DNA of 41,696 nt from the NCBI GenBank assembly GCA_964639965.1, contig CAZXGI010000008.1, forward strand, positions 22,742 through 64,437, read 5' to 3'. Made by a program: the position numbers and the translations under genes. Source of the DNA: an uncultured Rhodospirillaceae bacterium. Its GTDB lineage: Bacteria; Pseudomonadota; Alphaproteobacteria; Rhodospirillales; UBA2165. Below the pieces are notes generated by a model. That model did not search any database and was not told the origin of the DNA. It saw only the letters and a program-made list of their open reading frames with translations. Below are positions 18,137-28,556 of this stretch, one piece after another; position 1 is the first letter of the stretch; every line of letters begins with the position of its first letter.

Positions 18137-18523
18137 ATGCGTATTAACTTGTTAATTGGCATATTAATAATACATATACTTGTTCCTTTTTCTAAAACAT
18201 GGGCACACTTTGGGTTTGCCGATAGCGAGGATCCTGGTCACGGTATTTTTTGGGCATATGGCTTCGTTTTTTTTACATTAATCGGTTTTATATTTTATCG
18301 ACGTTGGGATCGGCGCCGGGGAACACCGGAACAGCAATCATTGCGACTTCACTTAAAGGAGCTAAACCGAGCATTAAATACCTATCTGAAACAAATTCAA
18401 AATGCTGATGAGTACCCAAATGAGTGTGGTCTATCTGAAGAACAACGTCGTAAAAGCCTTGATTCTGTTAAATCATTGCAAAGTCAAATTGATCACACTA
18501 AAGAAATGTTATCCTCAACATAG
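18137..18523 (+). CDS. Hypothetical membrane protein, 128 aa
   Basis: Signal-peptide-like N-terminus ending TWA-H, one TM (IFWAYGFVFFTLIGFIFY) followed by RRWDRRR and a helical tail; 22 nt after the subunit IV gene. Confidence 0.7.
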   Translation: MRINLLIGILIIHILVPFSKTWAHFGFADSEDPGHGIFWAYGFVFFTLIGFIFYRRWDRRRGTPEQQSLRLHLKELNRALNTYLKQIQNADEYPNECGLSEEQRRKSLDSVKSLQSQIDHTKEMLSST

Positions 18524-18535
18524 GAATTTAATATC

Positions 18536-18637
18536 ATGAGCCCACGCTTTAAAGTTCTGCTTTTAGCTATTCCAACAACCGGATTAATTATATTTTATAT
18601 TCTTTTTTTAACCTTTCCTCATTGGTTTCCAAGATAA
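18536..18637 (+). CDS. Putative 33-aa single-TM peptide
   Basis: Manual translation MSPRFKVLLLAIPTTGLIIFYILFLTFPHWFPR*; AGGA about 10 nt upstream, overlapping the previous stop. Below the ORF-track cutoff. Confidence 0.55.
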   Translation: MSPRFKVLLLAIPTTGLIIFYILFLTFPHWFPR

Positions 18638-18745
18638 TCTTGTATTCTAATCGTATTGGCAAGTATCAACGCATACTGCCCGCCAAGTCTCCATTGATAT
18701 CCAGAAATTATTGTTTCCTTGATCCTAGTACTATACTTTTAAAAT

Positions 18746-19390
18746 ATGACTAATTTCTCAGGCAAGAAATTAACCTGTGTTAGAGGTGAACGTATTGTCT
18801 TCACTGACCTTGACTTCTCAATTGACGAGGGCAAAATCCTTTGCCTTAAAGGTCCCAACGGTAGCGGAAAGTCGACCCTACTTCGTGTAATGGCGGGGCT
18901 TTTACGCCCCATTAATGGTAAATTGCTATGGAATGACAGCTCTATATACGATGATGAAGGATTTTTCCGAAGCCTGATACATTATGTAGGTCATCAGGAC
19001 GCAATTAAAAGTGCCCTTACGGTAGAAGAAAATTTAAGATTCTGGGCAGAAATAAACTCCGGAGGAATTGACAAAGATTGCGTCCAAAAATCTTTAAAAC
19101 AATTTTCCCTTGAAAGCATCTCTAAATTACCAGCCAGATACCTATCAGCTGGCCAGCGTAGACGTCTAAATCTTTCTCGCCTATGCACCACCTGGGCACC
19201 CCTTTGGCTACTAGATGAACCTGCCACTTCTTTAGATATGGAGTCTTTAGACATACTTTTTTCGGTTATTTCTGATCATGTAAATAAAGGCGGAATGGTT
19301 GCCATAGCAACCCATGAGAATATAGATGTAAATAGTAATTCTCTTGATATAACTATGTTTGCCGACCCCAAGATACCGTCACGGAGTTAA
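18746..19390 (+). CDS. ccmA: Heme ABC exporter ATP-binding protein
   Basis: LTCVRGER, GPNGSGKSTLLR, LSAGQRRRL, WLLDEP. Confidence 0.95.
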   Translation: MTNFSGKKLTCVRGERIVFTDLDFSIDEGKILCLKGPNGSGKSTLLRVMAGLLRPINGKLLWNDSSIYDDEGFFRSLIHYVGHQDAIKSALTVEENLRFWAEINSGGIDKDCVQKSLKQFSLESISKLPARYLSAGQRRRLNLSRLCTTWAPLWLLDEPATSLDMESLDILFSVISDHVNKGGMVAIATHENIDVNSNSLDITMFADPKIPSRS

Positions 19391-19391
19391 A

Positions 19392-20072
19392 ATGATTGGT
19401 AAATCCCCCAGTATTCTTTCAAATTTAATCCAGCGTGAAATACTACTTGCCGTTCGCCACGGTGCCGATAGCTGCATAATTATATTATTTTTTGTAATAG
19501 TCGTCATTTTATTTCCATTGAGCGTGGGACCCGAACCTGGAATTTTAACTAGGATTAGTGCAGGTATAATATGGGTTTCAGCTTTACTATCAGTAATGCT
19601 GTCAATGGACCGTCTATTTCAGGCTGATTATGAAGATGGCAGTCTTGATTTATTGATTTTGACGCCACAGCCATTAGAACTAATAGTTATTGCTAAAACC
19701 TGTGCACATTGGATAACAACAGGACTTCCATTGATTTTCGTATCACCATTATTAGCTCTATTCCTAAATATGAATTCGTCGGGTTATATCACCTTATTAG
19801 TTGCTTTAGCTTTAGGCACACCGACATTGAGTTTGATCGGTTCAATCGGTGCTTCACTTATTCTAGGTGCCCGGCGAAGTGGAGTTTTACTCTCACTATT
19901 GGTCCTACCATTGTTTATTCCGGTTCTAATATTTGGCGTAAGTGCTGTTGATGCAGCAATGACAGACCTATCGAGTAAGCCACAACTACTGATTCTAGGG
20001 GGGTTATTTCTAACCGCTTTGGTTTTGTGTCCCTGGGCTAGTGCGTCGGCACTCCGACTGGCTGCTGAATAA
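19392..20072 (+). CDS. ccmB: Heme exporter protein B
   Basis: LFQADYEDGSLD, LLVLPLFIPVLIFG; ATG at 19392 with GGAG upstream. Confidence 0.95.
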   Translation: MIGKSPSILSNLIQREILLAVRHGADSCIIILFFVIVVILFPLSVGPEPGILTRISAGIIWVSALLSVMLSMDRLFQADYEDGSLDLLILTPQPLELIVIAKTCAHWITTGLPLIFVSPLLALFLNMNSSGYITLLVALALGTPTLSLIGSIGASLILGARRSGVLLSLLVLPLFIPVLIFGVSAVDAAMTDLSSKPQLLILGGLFLTALVLCPWASASALRLAAE

Positions 20073-20179
20073 ATCCCAAACCAACCTAAGGGCTTAATAT
20101 TGAAAACTGGTAATGTCGAATTAATGCAAATAGACTATAAGTCATTAATATATTAGAATTGAAGAAAATCTATGGGAAA

Positions 20180-20905
20180 ATGTTAAACTATTTTGCAAAT
20201 CCAAACCGATTTCTGCGGCTAACATCAGCTTTGCAGCCGATTGCAATGTTTGTCGCGTTAATTACAATTGGTATTGGCCTTTATTATGCCCTAATCGAAT
20301 CACCACCGGACTATCAACAAAGTGAAACCGTGCGAATAATGTATGTACACGTTCCAGCCGCATGGATGGCGATGTTTTGCTATCTAGCCCTCGCCTGTTC
20401 AAGCGCCACAGCATTAATTTGGCGCCACATGTTGGCAAATGTTATCGCAAAATCAACGGCTCCAATTGGGGCCACTTTTACGCTTCTTGCCCTTGCAACA
20501 GGCTCACTTTGGGGAAAACCAATGTGGGGAACCTGGTGGGTGTGGGATGCTCGGCTCACATCAGTATTAATTCTATTTTTCCTCTACCTCGGTTACATGG
20601 TGCTTCAAAATGCATTTGACGACAAAAGTCGCGGGGCCCGATCGGCCGCGATCTTATCGATAGTTGGGGTCATTAATATACCCATCATTAAGTTCAGCGT
20701 AGATTGGTGGAATACACTACATCAGCCCGCAAGTGTCATAAAAATGGATGGGCCATCAATTCATCCAAGTATGCTAACACCACTCATTTTAATGGCAGTT
20801 GGCTACGCGTCGCTTTATTTCTGGATACTCTTTATTCGGGTGCGTGCAGAACTCAACACGAACAAAATACGCGCGATCGCAATCCAACAAGTTGAGGTAA
20901 AATAA
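20180..20905 (+). CDS. ccmC: Heme exporter protein C
   Basis: YVHVP, WGKPMWGTWWVWDARLT (WWD domain), WWNTLHQ. Confidence 0.96.
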   Translation: MLNYFANPNRFLRLTSALQPIAMFVALITIGIGLYYALIESPPDYQQSETVRIMYVHVPAAWMAMFCYLALACSSATALIWRHMLANVIAKSTAPIGATFTLLALATGSLWGKPMWGTWWVWDARLTSVLILFFLYLGYMVLQNAFDDKSRGARSAAILSIVGVINIPIIKFSVDWWNTLHQPASVIKMDGPSIHPSMLTPLILMAVGYASLYFWILFIRVRAELNTNKIRAIAIQQVEVK

Positions 20906-21085
20906 ATGCCAAATTTTCTATATAATTTCCTCAACATGGGAGGTTACGGCTATTTTATTTGGAGCGCATTTGGTTTGTCCGCAATTATTTTGATTGGCTT
21001 ACTTATCCAAAGTCTTAAGTTCTTAAAATCCTCCGAACGTCAATTACAATTATTACAAGAAGAAGATAATAAGAATGAAACGTAA
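20906..21085 (+). CDS. ccmD: Heme exporter protein D, 59 aa
   Basis: Manual translation MPNFLYNFLNMGGYGYFIWSAFGLSAIILIGLLIQSLKFL...; MGGY-x-x-x-x-W motif; lies between ccmC and ccmE. Missing from the ORF track. Confidence 0.9.
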   Translation: MPNFLYNFLNMGGYGYFIWSAFGLSAIILIGLLIQSLKFLKSSERQLQLLQEEDNKNET

Positions 21086-21521
21086 ACATAAGCGACTAAG
21101 TTTTGTCGCTCTTGGCGTAGTGATATTGGGAGTAGCAGCAAGTCTCATATTGTTTGCTTTTGAGGACAATATTGTTTTTTTTCTGAGCCCGACTGAAATT
21201 ACTGATAAACTTCTGAAAAATGGAATTAACCCCCAACAACGCCTTCGGATCGGTGGGTTGGTCAAAAAAGGTAGTGTAATAAAAGGTAAAATTAATCGCT
21301 TCGAAGTTACAGATCTTAAAACATCTGTCGTTGTAGAATTTAAAGGCCTTTTACCTGATTTATTCAGAGAAGGCCAAGGTATCGTTGCCGAGGGGCATTT
21401 TAATAACAACGTGTTTACTGCTACCGAAGTGCTCGCCAAACACGATGAAAAATACATGCCTCCAGAAGTGGCAGAAGCTTTGAAAAAATCAGGTAAATGG
21501 AAACCCATGAAAGAAAGATAA
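21075..21521 (+). CDS. ccmE: Heme chaperone CcmE
   Basis: RIGGLV, LPDLFREGQGIV, LAKHDEKYMPPEV. Confidence 0.97.
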   Translation: MKRKHKRLSFVALGVVILGVAASLILFAFEDNIVFFLSPTEITDKLLKNGINPQQRLRIGGLVKKGSVIKGKINRFEVTDLKTSVVVEFKGLLPDLFREGQGIVAEGHFNNNVFTATEVLAKHDEKYMPPEVAEALKKSGKWKPMKER

Positions 21522-21525
21522 TCTG

Positions 21526-23514
21526 ATGATTGTTGAGATCGGTCATTTTTCGCTCATTTTAGCGCTATTCATCGCTGGCGTTCAGGGCACAATTCCAATG
21601 ATAGGGGCGCACCGAAACATCTACCCGTTTATGGCTATCGCTAAACCCGCAGCAATTATCCAATTTATTCTCGTTCTTGGCTCTTTCTCTGCTCTTACCT
21701 ATGCCTTCTTAGTTTCAGATTTTTCAGTTACCAATGTTGCAGCTAATTCTCATAGTACAAAACCGATCCTTTATAAAATAAGTGGTGTCTGGGGCAATCA
21801 CGAAGGCTCGATGCTGCTTTGGGCATTGATCTTAGCAGGATATGGCGCAGCTATTGCCACTTTTGGTAGAAATCTAAGGCCTTCCTTGAAAGTACGCATC
21901 TTAGGTGTCCAAGCATTGATTGGTGCGGGTATATTGGCTTTTATTCTCCTAACATCAAACCCATTTTTAAGGCTTACACCGGCTCCCGTTAATGGCAACG
22001 GTTTAAATCCCTTATTACAGGATCCAGGATTGGCTTTCCATCCACCTCTATTGTATTTAGGCTATGTGGGCCTGTCACTTACCTTTTCATTTGCTGTTGC
22101 AGCGCTCATCGAAGGTCGAGTAGATGCTAACTGGGCTAGATGGGTTCGCCCTTGGACATTAGCGGCCTGGGGGTTCTTAACCGGTGGGATAGCGCTTGGC
22201 TCCTGGTGGGCATATTATGAGTTAGGATGGGGTGGCTGGTGGTTTTGGGACCCGGTAGAGAATGCGTCTTTCATGCCATGGTTAGCAGCAACTGCTCTAC
22301 TACATTCGGCAATCGTTTCCGAAAAAAGGGATAGTTTGAAGGCATGGACAATTTTCTTAGCAATCACGGCATTTGGATTGAGTTTGCTGGGTACTTTTTT
22401 AGTCCGCTCCGGAGTTATCACCTCTGTACACGCGTTTGCATCGGATCCAACACGCGGTGTTTTCATATTATTACTGTTAATTGTTACAATTGGCGGCGCC
22501 TTTATTTTGTTTGCATGGCGAGGGCCAACTCTAAGAAGTAGCGGACTTTTCCAACCAGTCTCAAGAGAAGGTGGCCTCGTAGTAAATAATTTTCTATTAT
22601 GCGCTGCTGCAGCTTCAATTTTGTTAGGCACCCTTTATCCTTTATTTATAGATGTATTAGACCTAGGCAAGGTCTCAGTTGGCGCTCCTTACTTCGAAAG
22701 CGTCTTTATTCCAATGATGATACCCATGATAGCAATTATGGGGCTTGCGCCCCTATTAAAGTGGAAACGCGGAGATTTTAGAGCAGCTATAAAGAAGTTA
22801 AGATTTGCAATCTTTTTATCCATTATTGGTGGCTTATTCGTTTGGGTTCTAGTAGATAGAGCAAGCGCTTTTGCATCTCTCGGTATGGCTATTTCTTTGT
22901 GGTTATTTATATCAACATTTACCGAGCTTGCTAACCGCATAAAATTATTCCGTGAGCCCTTAAGCGAGAATGTACAAACATTATTACGCCAACCGCGAGC
23001 AAGCTGGGGTATGACACTTGCACATACTGGCCTAGCTATCGCCATAGCTGGGATGACAGCGTCAAGTGCCTGGAAAGTTGAGAGTATCCAGATTATGAAA
23101 CCTGGCGACCAGGTTAATGTCGCCGGCTACAATTATATGTTAAAAGATGTCCGAAAAATTAAGGGCCCTAATTATACGGCATTGCGCGGAATATTTATCG
23201 TAAACAAGGGTCCTGAAATCAATTGGATTCTGGAACCAGAGAAAAGAATTTACACTGATCCCGTAATGTCTACTACTGAAGCATCCATTCGCCCAACATT
23301 CCTTGGAGACCTCTATGCTGTTATAGGGGATCTGGATAAAGAAAGTGGCGGTTATATAACACGTATTTATTTTAATCCACTTGTTCCTTGGATGTGGGCA
23401 GGTGCAGCGATCATGGTATTGGGAGCGGGCATCAGCCTTACAGACCGGCGTTATCGCGTAGGTGCACCATCGGACAAAAAGATACCAACCGCTGGGGCTC
23501 CGGCAAATGACTAG
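21526..23514 (+). CDS. ccmF: Cytochrome c heme lyase CcmF
   Basis: WGNHEGS, HPPLLYLGY, WAYYELGWGGWWFWDPVEN, SVHAFA. Confidence 0.97.
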   Translation: MIVEIGHFSLILALFIAGVQGTIPMIGAHRNIYPFMAIAKPAAIIQFILVLGSFSALTYAFLVSDFSVTNVAANSHSTKPILYKISGVWGNHEGSMLLWALILAGYGAAIATFGRNLRPSLKVRILGVQALIGAGILAFILLTSNPFLRLTPAPVNGNGLNPLLQDPGLAFHPPLLYLGYVGLSLTFSFAVAALIEGRVDANWARWVRPWTLAAWGFLTGGIALGSWWAYYELGWGGWWFWDPVENASFMPWLAATALLHSAIVSEKRDSLKAWTIFLAITAFGLSLLGTFLVRSGVITSVHAFASDPTRGVFILLLLIVTIGGAFILFAWRGPTLRSSGLFQPVSREGGLVVNNFLLCAAAASILLGTLYPLFIDVLDLGKVSVGAPYFESVFIPMMIPMIAIMGLAPLLKWKRGDFRAAIKKLRFAIFLSIIGGLFVWVLVDRASAFASLGMAISLWLFISTFTELANRIKLFREPLSENVQTLLRQPRASWGMTLAHTGLAIAIAGMTASSAWKVESIQIMKPGDQVNVAGYNYMLKDVRKIKGPNYTALRGIFIVNKGPEINWILEPEKRIYTDPVMSTTEASIRPTFLGDLYAVIGDLDKESGGYITRIYFNPLVPWMWAGAAIMVLGAGISLTDRRYRVGAPSDKKIPTAGAPAND

Positions 23515-24046
23515 ACATTGGCTATATTTTATTCCATTAGTCGGGTTAGGTCTCCTTGCAGTCTATCTTTCTGCCGGCCTTAATCAAAATCCTGCCAAAA
23601 TCAAATCAGTTCTTATCAATAAGAAAGTACCTGAGTTCTCTTTGCCACCAATTGAAGGCAGTCTTCAGGGGCTTTCTAACTTGGATTTAGAAAAACGGGT
23701 TGTTTTAGTCAATATTTTTGGCTCCTGGTGTGTCTCATGTAGTATAGAGCATCCTTTTTTAATGAAGTTAAAGGCAAGTAATACTATTCCAATATACGGG
23801 ATAAATTGGCGGGAACCAGACCGCACGTCCGGACCCCGATGGTTAAAAAAATTTGGGAACCCTTACACACTTATTGGCGACGATCCTAAAAGTCTTGGGG
23901 CAATCGCTTTTGGTGTCATGGGAGCACCAGAAACTTTTATCGTTGATAAACAAGGTGTAATACGTTTCAAACATACAGGGCCTATTACAAAAAAGAATTG
24001 GGATGAAACTTTGAAACCGATTTTAGAAGAATTGAAGATAAAATGA
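23507..24046 (+). CDS. ccmG: Thiol:disulfide interchange protein CcmG/DsbE
   Basis: [15 protein letters not shown]; N-terminal membrane anchor from ATG 23507. Confidence 0.94.
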   Translation: MTRHWLYFIPLVGLGLLAVYLSAGLNQNPAKIKSVLINKKVPEFSLPPIEGSLQGLSNLDLEKRVVLVNIFGSWCVSCSIEHPFLMKLKASNTIPIYGINWREPDRTSGPRWLKKFGNPYTLIGDDPKSLGAIAFGVMGAPETFIVDKQGVIRFKHTGPITKKNWDETLKPILEELKIK

Positions 24047-24477
24047 AGATCATATTTATTATAATAAATATATTATTTTTTCCTTTTACAACGATGGCTG
24101 TTGACCCTAGTGAAATCTTAAAAGACCCCAAATTAGAAAAACGTGCTCGTTCAATTAGTAAAGGTTTACGCTGCGTCGTATGCCAAAATCAATCTATCGA
24201 TGACTCAGATGCACGCCTAGCACGTGACATGCGGATATTGGTGCGCAATAGAATTCTAGCAGGTGATAGTGATGCCGCCGTTATCAAATATGTTGTATCT
24301 CGTTATGGTGATTTTGTTCTGCTCAATCCTCCAATTAAAGCGGTCACCCTAATCCTATGGTTTGGACCTATAATTATCACTTTAGTTGGTCTCATGGGTC
24401 TGGTTTTATTCTTTCGGCGTCAAAAATTATTGTCAAAAGACTTCCCAACAATCGATAATAGGGAGGGCGATAATTGA
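24043..24477 (+). CDS. ccmH: Cytochrome c biogenesis protein CcmH
   Basis: [21 protein letters not shown]. Confidence 0.95.
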   Translation: MKIIFIIINILFFPFTTMAVDPSEILKDPKLEKRARSISKGLRCVVCQNQSIDDSDARLARDMRILVRNRILAGDSDAAVIKYVVSRYGDFVLLNPPIKAVTLILWFGPIIITLVGLMGLVLFFRRQKLLSKDFPTIDNREGDN

Positions 24478-25613
24478 GTTTCTGGATAGCCTGTAATGTC
24501 CTGCTATTGGCTACGTTGATTGCTATTATAGTTCCAATTATGCGTGTTCGCTCTGGTCACTCAACAGGTTACAATCTGGCAACTTATCAAAATCAATTGT
24601 TTGAAATTGAAAGGGATGTAAATGATGGCCTACTTAGCGCTGAAGATGGTCAGACCCTGAGAACTGAAATAGAGAAGCGAATACAGAAGAATGCAGAGGA
24701 TCTTACAAACAAATTCACGGATGATACAATAATTTCAGGTGAGAAAACTCAGATAGTCACGGCGATAGTATTGGCCATGATAATCTCATTTGGGTCTTAT
24801 ATTGTATATTTCTATTTAGGATCATCCGGAAAAACCGACCTTCCTTTTGCAAACCGGGACCTCAGTCCTTCCATCGATAATGCTAATGTCACGATGAACA
24901 GTTTAGTCAAAAGACTTAAAGAACGTTTGGATAAAAATCCAAACCAATTAAAGGGTTGGATTTTACTTGGACAATCGTTAGTTAGTTTGAAGCGTTTTTA
25001 TGAGGCTTCGAACGCATTTAAGAGAGCAATCGATATAGCACCTAATCGAGCCGACTTAGCTGCTTCAGCGGCTGAAACTAGATTCATGGCCAAGGGTGGA
25101 AAATTCGATCAGGAAGTCCGGGATTATTTCAAAATGGCACAGAGGCTAAATCCCGAGGAACATAAAGCTCTATACTTTCTTGGATTAGATTCTTATATGG
25201 CTAAAAAGCATGCTTCAGCTATTCAATATTGGGTAGATTTAATTTCAATATCACCAGTCGGGGCTCCCTGGATGGATAGTGTTCGAGAACGCCTACTAGA
25301 TGCGGCTAAAGCCGGTAATTTAAGAATTTCTGAATTCACCCCACGTCTAAAAGCAACACCAAAGGACTCAAACGAATTAAAACCAGAAAGAAATGCCGCA
25401 CCCACACAAGAGGATATCAAAAACGCTAGTGAAATGTCGGAAGAAGAGCGGGAAATTTTTATCCTCTCAATGGTCGAGCAACTGGCCAACCGCCTAAAAT
25501 CTGAACCAAATGACCTTAACGGTTGGCGAAAATTAGCCCGTGCTTATCGAGTTTTAGGTGAAAAGAAGAAAGCCGAATTAGCTGAAAAGCGTGTGCAAGA
25601 ACTAGAAAAATAG
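24474..25613 (+). CDS. ccmI: Cytochrome c biogenesis protein CcmI/CycH (TPR)
   Basis: [11 protein letters not shown]...GLL N-terminal domain, TPR-like [10 protein letters not shown]-terminal MVEQLANRL...[13 protein letters not shown]. Confidence 0.9.
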   Translation: MSFWIACNVLLLATLIAIIVPIMRVRSGHSTGYNLATYQNQLFEIERDVNDGLLSAEDGQTLRTEIEKRIQKNAEDLTNKFTDDTIISGEKTQIVTAIVLAMIISFGSYIVYFYLGSSGKTDLPFANRDLSPSIDNANVTMNSLVKRLKERLDKNPNQLKGWILLGQSLVSLKRFYEASNAFKRAIDIAPNRADLAASAAETRFMAKGGKFDQEVRDYFKMAQRLNPEEHKALYFLGLDSYMAKKHASAIQYWVDLISISPVGAPWMDSVRERLLDAAKAGNLRISEFTPRLKATPKDSNELKPERNAAPTQEDIKNASEMSEEEREIFILSMVEQLANRLKSEPNDLNGWRKLARAYRVLGEKKKAELAEKRVQELEK

Positions 25614-25633
25614 ATCTTTCTATAATAATTTAA

Positions 25634-26938
25634 TCAATCAAACATAGTGTCTGGGAGAAATGTGGCAACTTGCGGATAAGCTACAAGAATTATCAAACAA
25701 ATACCCATAGCAATCCAGAAGGGCCAAATGCCACGAAAAATGGTCCCCATGGGAACATCTTGCGCAACACTTTTAACAACAAATACATTAACCCCAACGG
25801 GGGGACTTATTAAACCCATCTCCAAAACAATAACGACAACAATTCCAAACCAAATCGGACTCATTTCCAGTTGTGTTATGACTTCGAAAGCGACTGGTAA
25901 TGTCAAAACAAGCATAGCCAGTCCCTCTAGAAAAGTCCCCAAGAATATATAAGTAACTAAAATCAGAATTATGATACCAGTCTTTCCAACATCAAGGTTA
26001 ACCAAGAATGAAACCATATCAGCCGGTATATGTGTAAGTGCCATAAAGGGTATAAATACGTGCGCTCCAATAAGAATCATAAACACTGTCGCAGTTGTTT
26101 GGAGTGTCTGAAGCATAACAAAGGTCATTTTTTCTTTATTAAGAGACTTTCGATAAAGTGCTACAAAAAATGCCAAGACAGCACCTACACCAGCAGCCTC
26201 AACCGGCGTAAAAATGCCAATATAAATGCCACCAATAGTAGCCAAAACAATCCCCACCATTGTTGAAGCCTTTTGTAAAGATTTAATTTTTTCTTTGAAA
26301 TCACTTGCTGGTCCTACGGGCCCAAGTTCTGGCTTTATTCGCGTCACTATGGCAATAGCAAGTAAAAATAAACCGGTCAGCAAAATACCCGGAATAATCC
26401 CTGCCATAAATAGCCTTCCGATCGACTGTTCAGTCAATATAGCATAGATTATTAAACCAGTGGACGGTGGTATCAGTATACCCAAGGTACCTCCTGCAGC
26501 AACGGCACCCGTTGCCAAACTATCGTCGTACTTGAAACGCTTCATTTCAGGAAGGGCAACACGACCCATTGTTATAGCGGAGGCTATTGAAGAACCACTT
26601 AAGGCTGCAAAACCCGCACAACCTGTTATCGTTGCACTCGCCAATCCACCTCTCCAGTGGCCAACCCAGCAATACGCCGCATTGAAAAGATCTCGGCTCA
26701 TACCAGATACACCAGCCAAATTCCCCATTAGAACAAATAATGGAATTACGGTTAACGTGAGCGTTACAGATATTTCGAAAGTTTCCGTACCCAGTGCACT
26801 TAATGCAGCCGTATAACCATTAATAGCCGCAGTACCAAAGAAACCAACAACTAACATGGCCATAGCAACAGGAACCCTTAAAAACAGCAAAGCAAAGAGA
26901 GCAAAGAGACCTACAAAACCAATGGCCGTAACAGACAC
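25634..26938 (-). CDS. dctM: TRAP transporter large permease
   Basis: IPLFVLMG, GGTLGILIPPS, GIFTPVEA, GLISPPVGVN. Confidence 0.94.
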   Translation of the reverse strand: MSVTAIGFVGLFALFALLFLRVPVAMAMLVVGFFGTAAINGYTAALSALGTETFEISVTLTLTVIPLFVLMGNLAGVSGMSRDLFNAAYCWVGHWRGGLASATITGCAGFAALSGSSIASAITMGRVALPEMKRFKYDDSLATGAVAAGGTLGILIPPSTGLIIYAILTEQSIGRLFMAGIIPGILLTGLFLLAIAIVTRIKPELGPVGPASDFKEKIKSLQKASTMVGIVLATIGGIYIGIFTPVEAAGVGAVLAFFVALYRKSLNKEKMTFVMLQTLQTTATVFMILIGAHVFIPFMALTHIPADMVSFLVNLDVGKTGIIILILVTYIFLGTFLEGLAMLVLTLPVAFEVITQLEMSPIWFGIVVVIVLEMGLISPPVGVNVFVVKSVAQDVPMGTIFRGIWPFWIAMGICLIILVAYPQVATFLPDTMFD

Positions 26939-26979
26939 TTATTCTCTCTCCTTTTTTTTCAAAGGTGCAACAAGAACCA

Positions 26980-27495
26980 TCAGTAATCCATCTCACGCCC
27001 GCGCAACAACGTCACCATTTCGGATAACAACACGAAACCATATAATCCCATACCAAAGGCTAATAGCCAGAAAAAGGGCTTCAAAGTTATTTCGAGAGAT
27101 CGAGTGGTTTCACCATATTCGGCTGCATTAATTCCACTTTCTACAAGCACCCAAGTCAATACACACATCATCACAAAGCCAAGAAGTTTTACAAAAATAT
27201 CAGTTCTACGAATGAATGTTGGCCCAGAAACGACAGTAAGTATTTCAACGACCACTTGGCCACCTTTCCGACCACTATAAGCCACACCAAACGCTACAGT
27301 GGCCATTAAGAACATTTGATTGAAATCATCAGCACCAAATATGGGTGAGTTGAATATATAACGGAAGATAACTGCAATAACGGTAATCAAAGACAAGCCG
27401 ATAAGTGCTGCACCACCAGCATAAAGGGCAACGGGACGAACAAGCTTATCAACTAAAATAAGCACCGCATCCGTCCCATTGTTATTGTCCTTCAA
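26980..27495 (-). CDS. dctQ: TRAP transporter small permease
   Basis: Four TMs, VIFRYIFNSPIFGAD; lies between dctP and dctM. Confidence 0.9.
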   Translation of the reverse strand: MKDNNNGTDAVLILVDKLVRPVALYAGGAALIGLSLITVIAVIFRYIFNSPIFGADDFNQMFLMATVAFGVAYSGRKGGQVVVEILTVVSGPTFIRRTDIFVKLLGFVMMCVLTWVLVESGINAAEYGETTRSLEITLKPFFWLLAFGMGLYGFVLLSEMVTLLRGREMDY

Positions 27496-27530
27496 TAATT
27501 TTACTCAAACTAAAATGGTTTGTACCAACT

Positions 27531-28556
27531 TTACTGGGTAGCAGCCTTATAGATTGCTCGAGCCGGTATTCCTGCTTTCTCTTTCTTTGCTAGAAAGTTT
27601 TCTACCGAACGGGCTGTAGCAACATTAAAATCCGCCGCAGCCGATTTTGATAATTGGATAAATTTTACCCCCTTTTGTTCATTCTTCGCTGTTGCCAATT
27701 GTCCCGCATCTATCTTACCCCAGAAATTTGCCGCAAACATGCTATATCCTGCACCAGAATGCTTGTTTACTGCCGCTTTGTGAGTGGAAGAGAGCCCATC
27801 AAATACCTGTTTATTCATAAAAATATAAGTCAATGATGTAGGACTATTCATTCCCGCTGTGGCATATTCACCCGGCTCAGCTAGGCGCCAGGGTTTATAT
27901 AATGCTCCAGGAGAAATATATACTCCATCAAGCACGCCCGTTTGAAGGGAATTATATATTTTCGTAACCGGCATATACACTGCAGCAGCACCCCATCCTT
28001 TTACCTGAGGAATATTACTCGGCGAAGGCGCCCTAATTTTTAAACCCTTTATATCCCCAATTTTTGAGACGGATTTTTTCCGAGTAATTAAAATAGCTGG
28101 CCAGTTTGAAAAAACCGCCAGGACTTTCACTTTCGAATACTCAGATTTAAGGTGTTGATCAAAAACTTTCCAGAATTTCTTGGTAACCTCCTGCGAGGAA
28201 TTCCCGACACCGGGTTGAGCCACAACCATACTACGTGGGAAAATCTTGGGCGTATAACCATGCACCCCAAAAGTAATTTCAGCCACGTTTTCAATAACTC
28301 TTTTGTATTGCGCTTTTGGACCTTTGCCCAACTGTCCACCAGGGTATAATTTGAGTTTTAATGAACCACCAGTTTCAGCTGCAACGTTCTTTGCTAAATG
28401 CGGCAAAATACCGCGGTTCACCGGATGTTTCGCTGACATAAAACTAGCCATTTTTAATTCTTTTGCTGCTAAGCCAGACGCAAAGTAGCTACTATCAAAC
28501 ATTGATAATGCGATAGTAGCCAAAAGAATAACCCTAACTTTTTTAAAAACTTTCAT
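27531..28556 (-). CDS. dctP: TRAP transporter substrate-binding protein, DctP family
   Basis: Signal peptide, PGGQLG, DIKGLKIR, YNSLQTGVLDG; ATG at 28556 follows AGGGAGG. Confidence 0.92.
   Translation of the reverse strand: MKVFKKVRVILLATIALSMFDSSYFASGLAAKELKMASFMSAKHPVNRGILPHLAKNVAAETGGSLKLKLYPGGQLGKGPKAQYKRVIENVAEITFGVHGYTPKIFPRSMVVAQPGVGNSSQEVTKKFWKVFDQHLKSEYSKVKVLAVFSNWPAILITRKKSVSKIGDIKGLKIRAPSPSNIPQVKGWGAAAVYMPVTKIYNSLQTGVLDGVYISPGALYKPWRLAEPGEYATAGMNSPTSLTYIFMNKQVFDGLSSTHKAAVNKHSGAGYSMFAANFWGKIDAGQLATAKNEQKGVKFIQLSKSAAADFNVATARSVENFLAKKEKAGIPARAIYKAATQ

Noticed and set aside
18746-25613. Complete contiguous ccmA-I operon as a novelty
   Set aside because: System I cytochrome c maturation is well characterised and all motifs are canonical.
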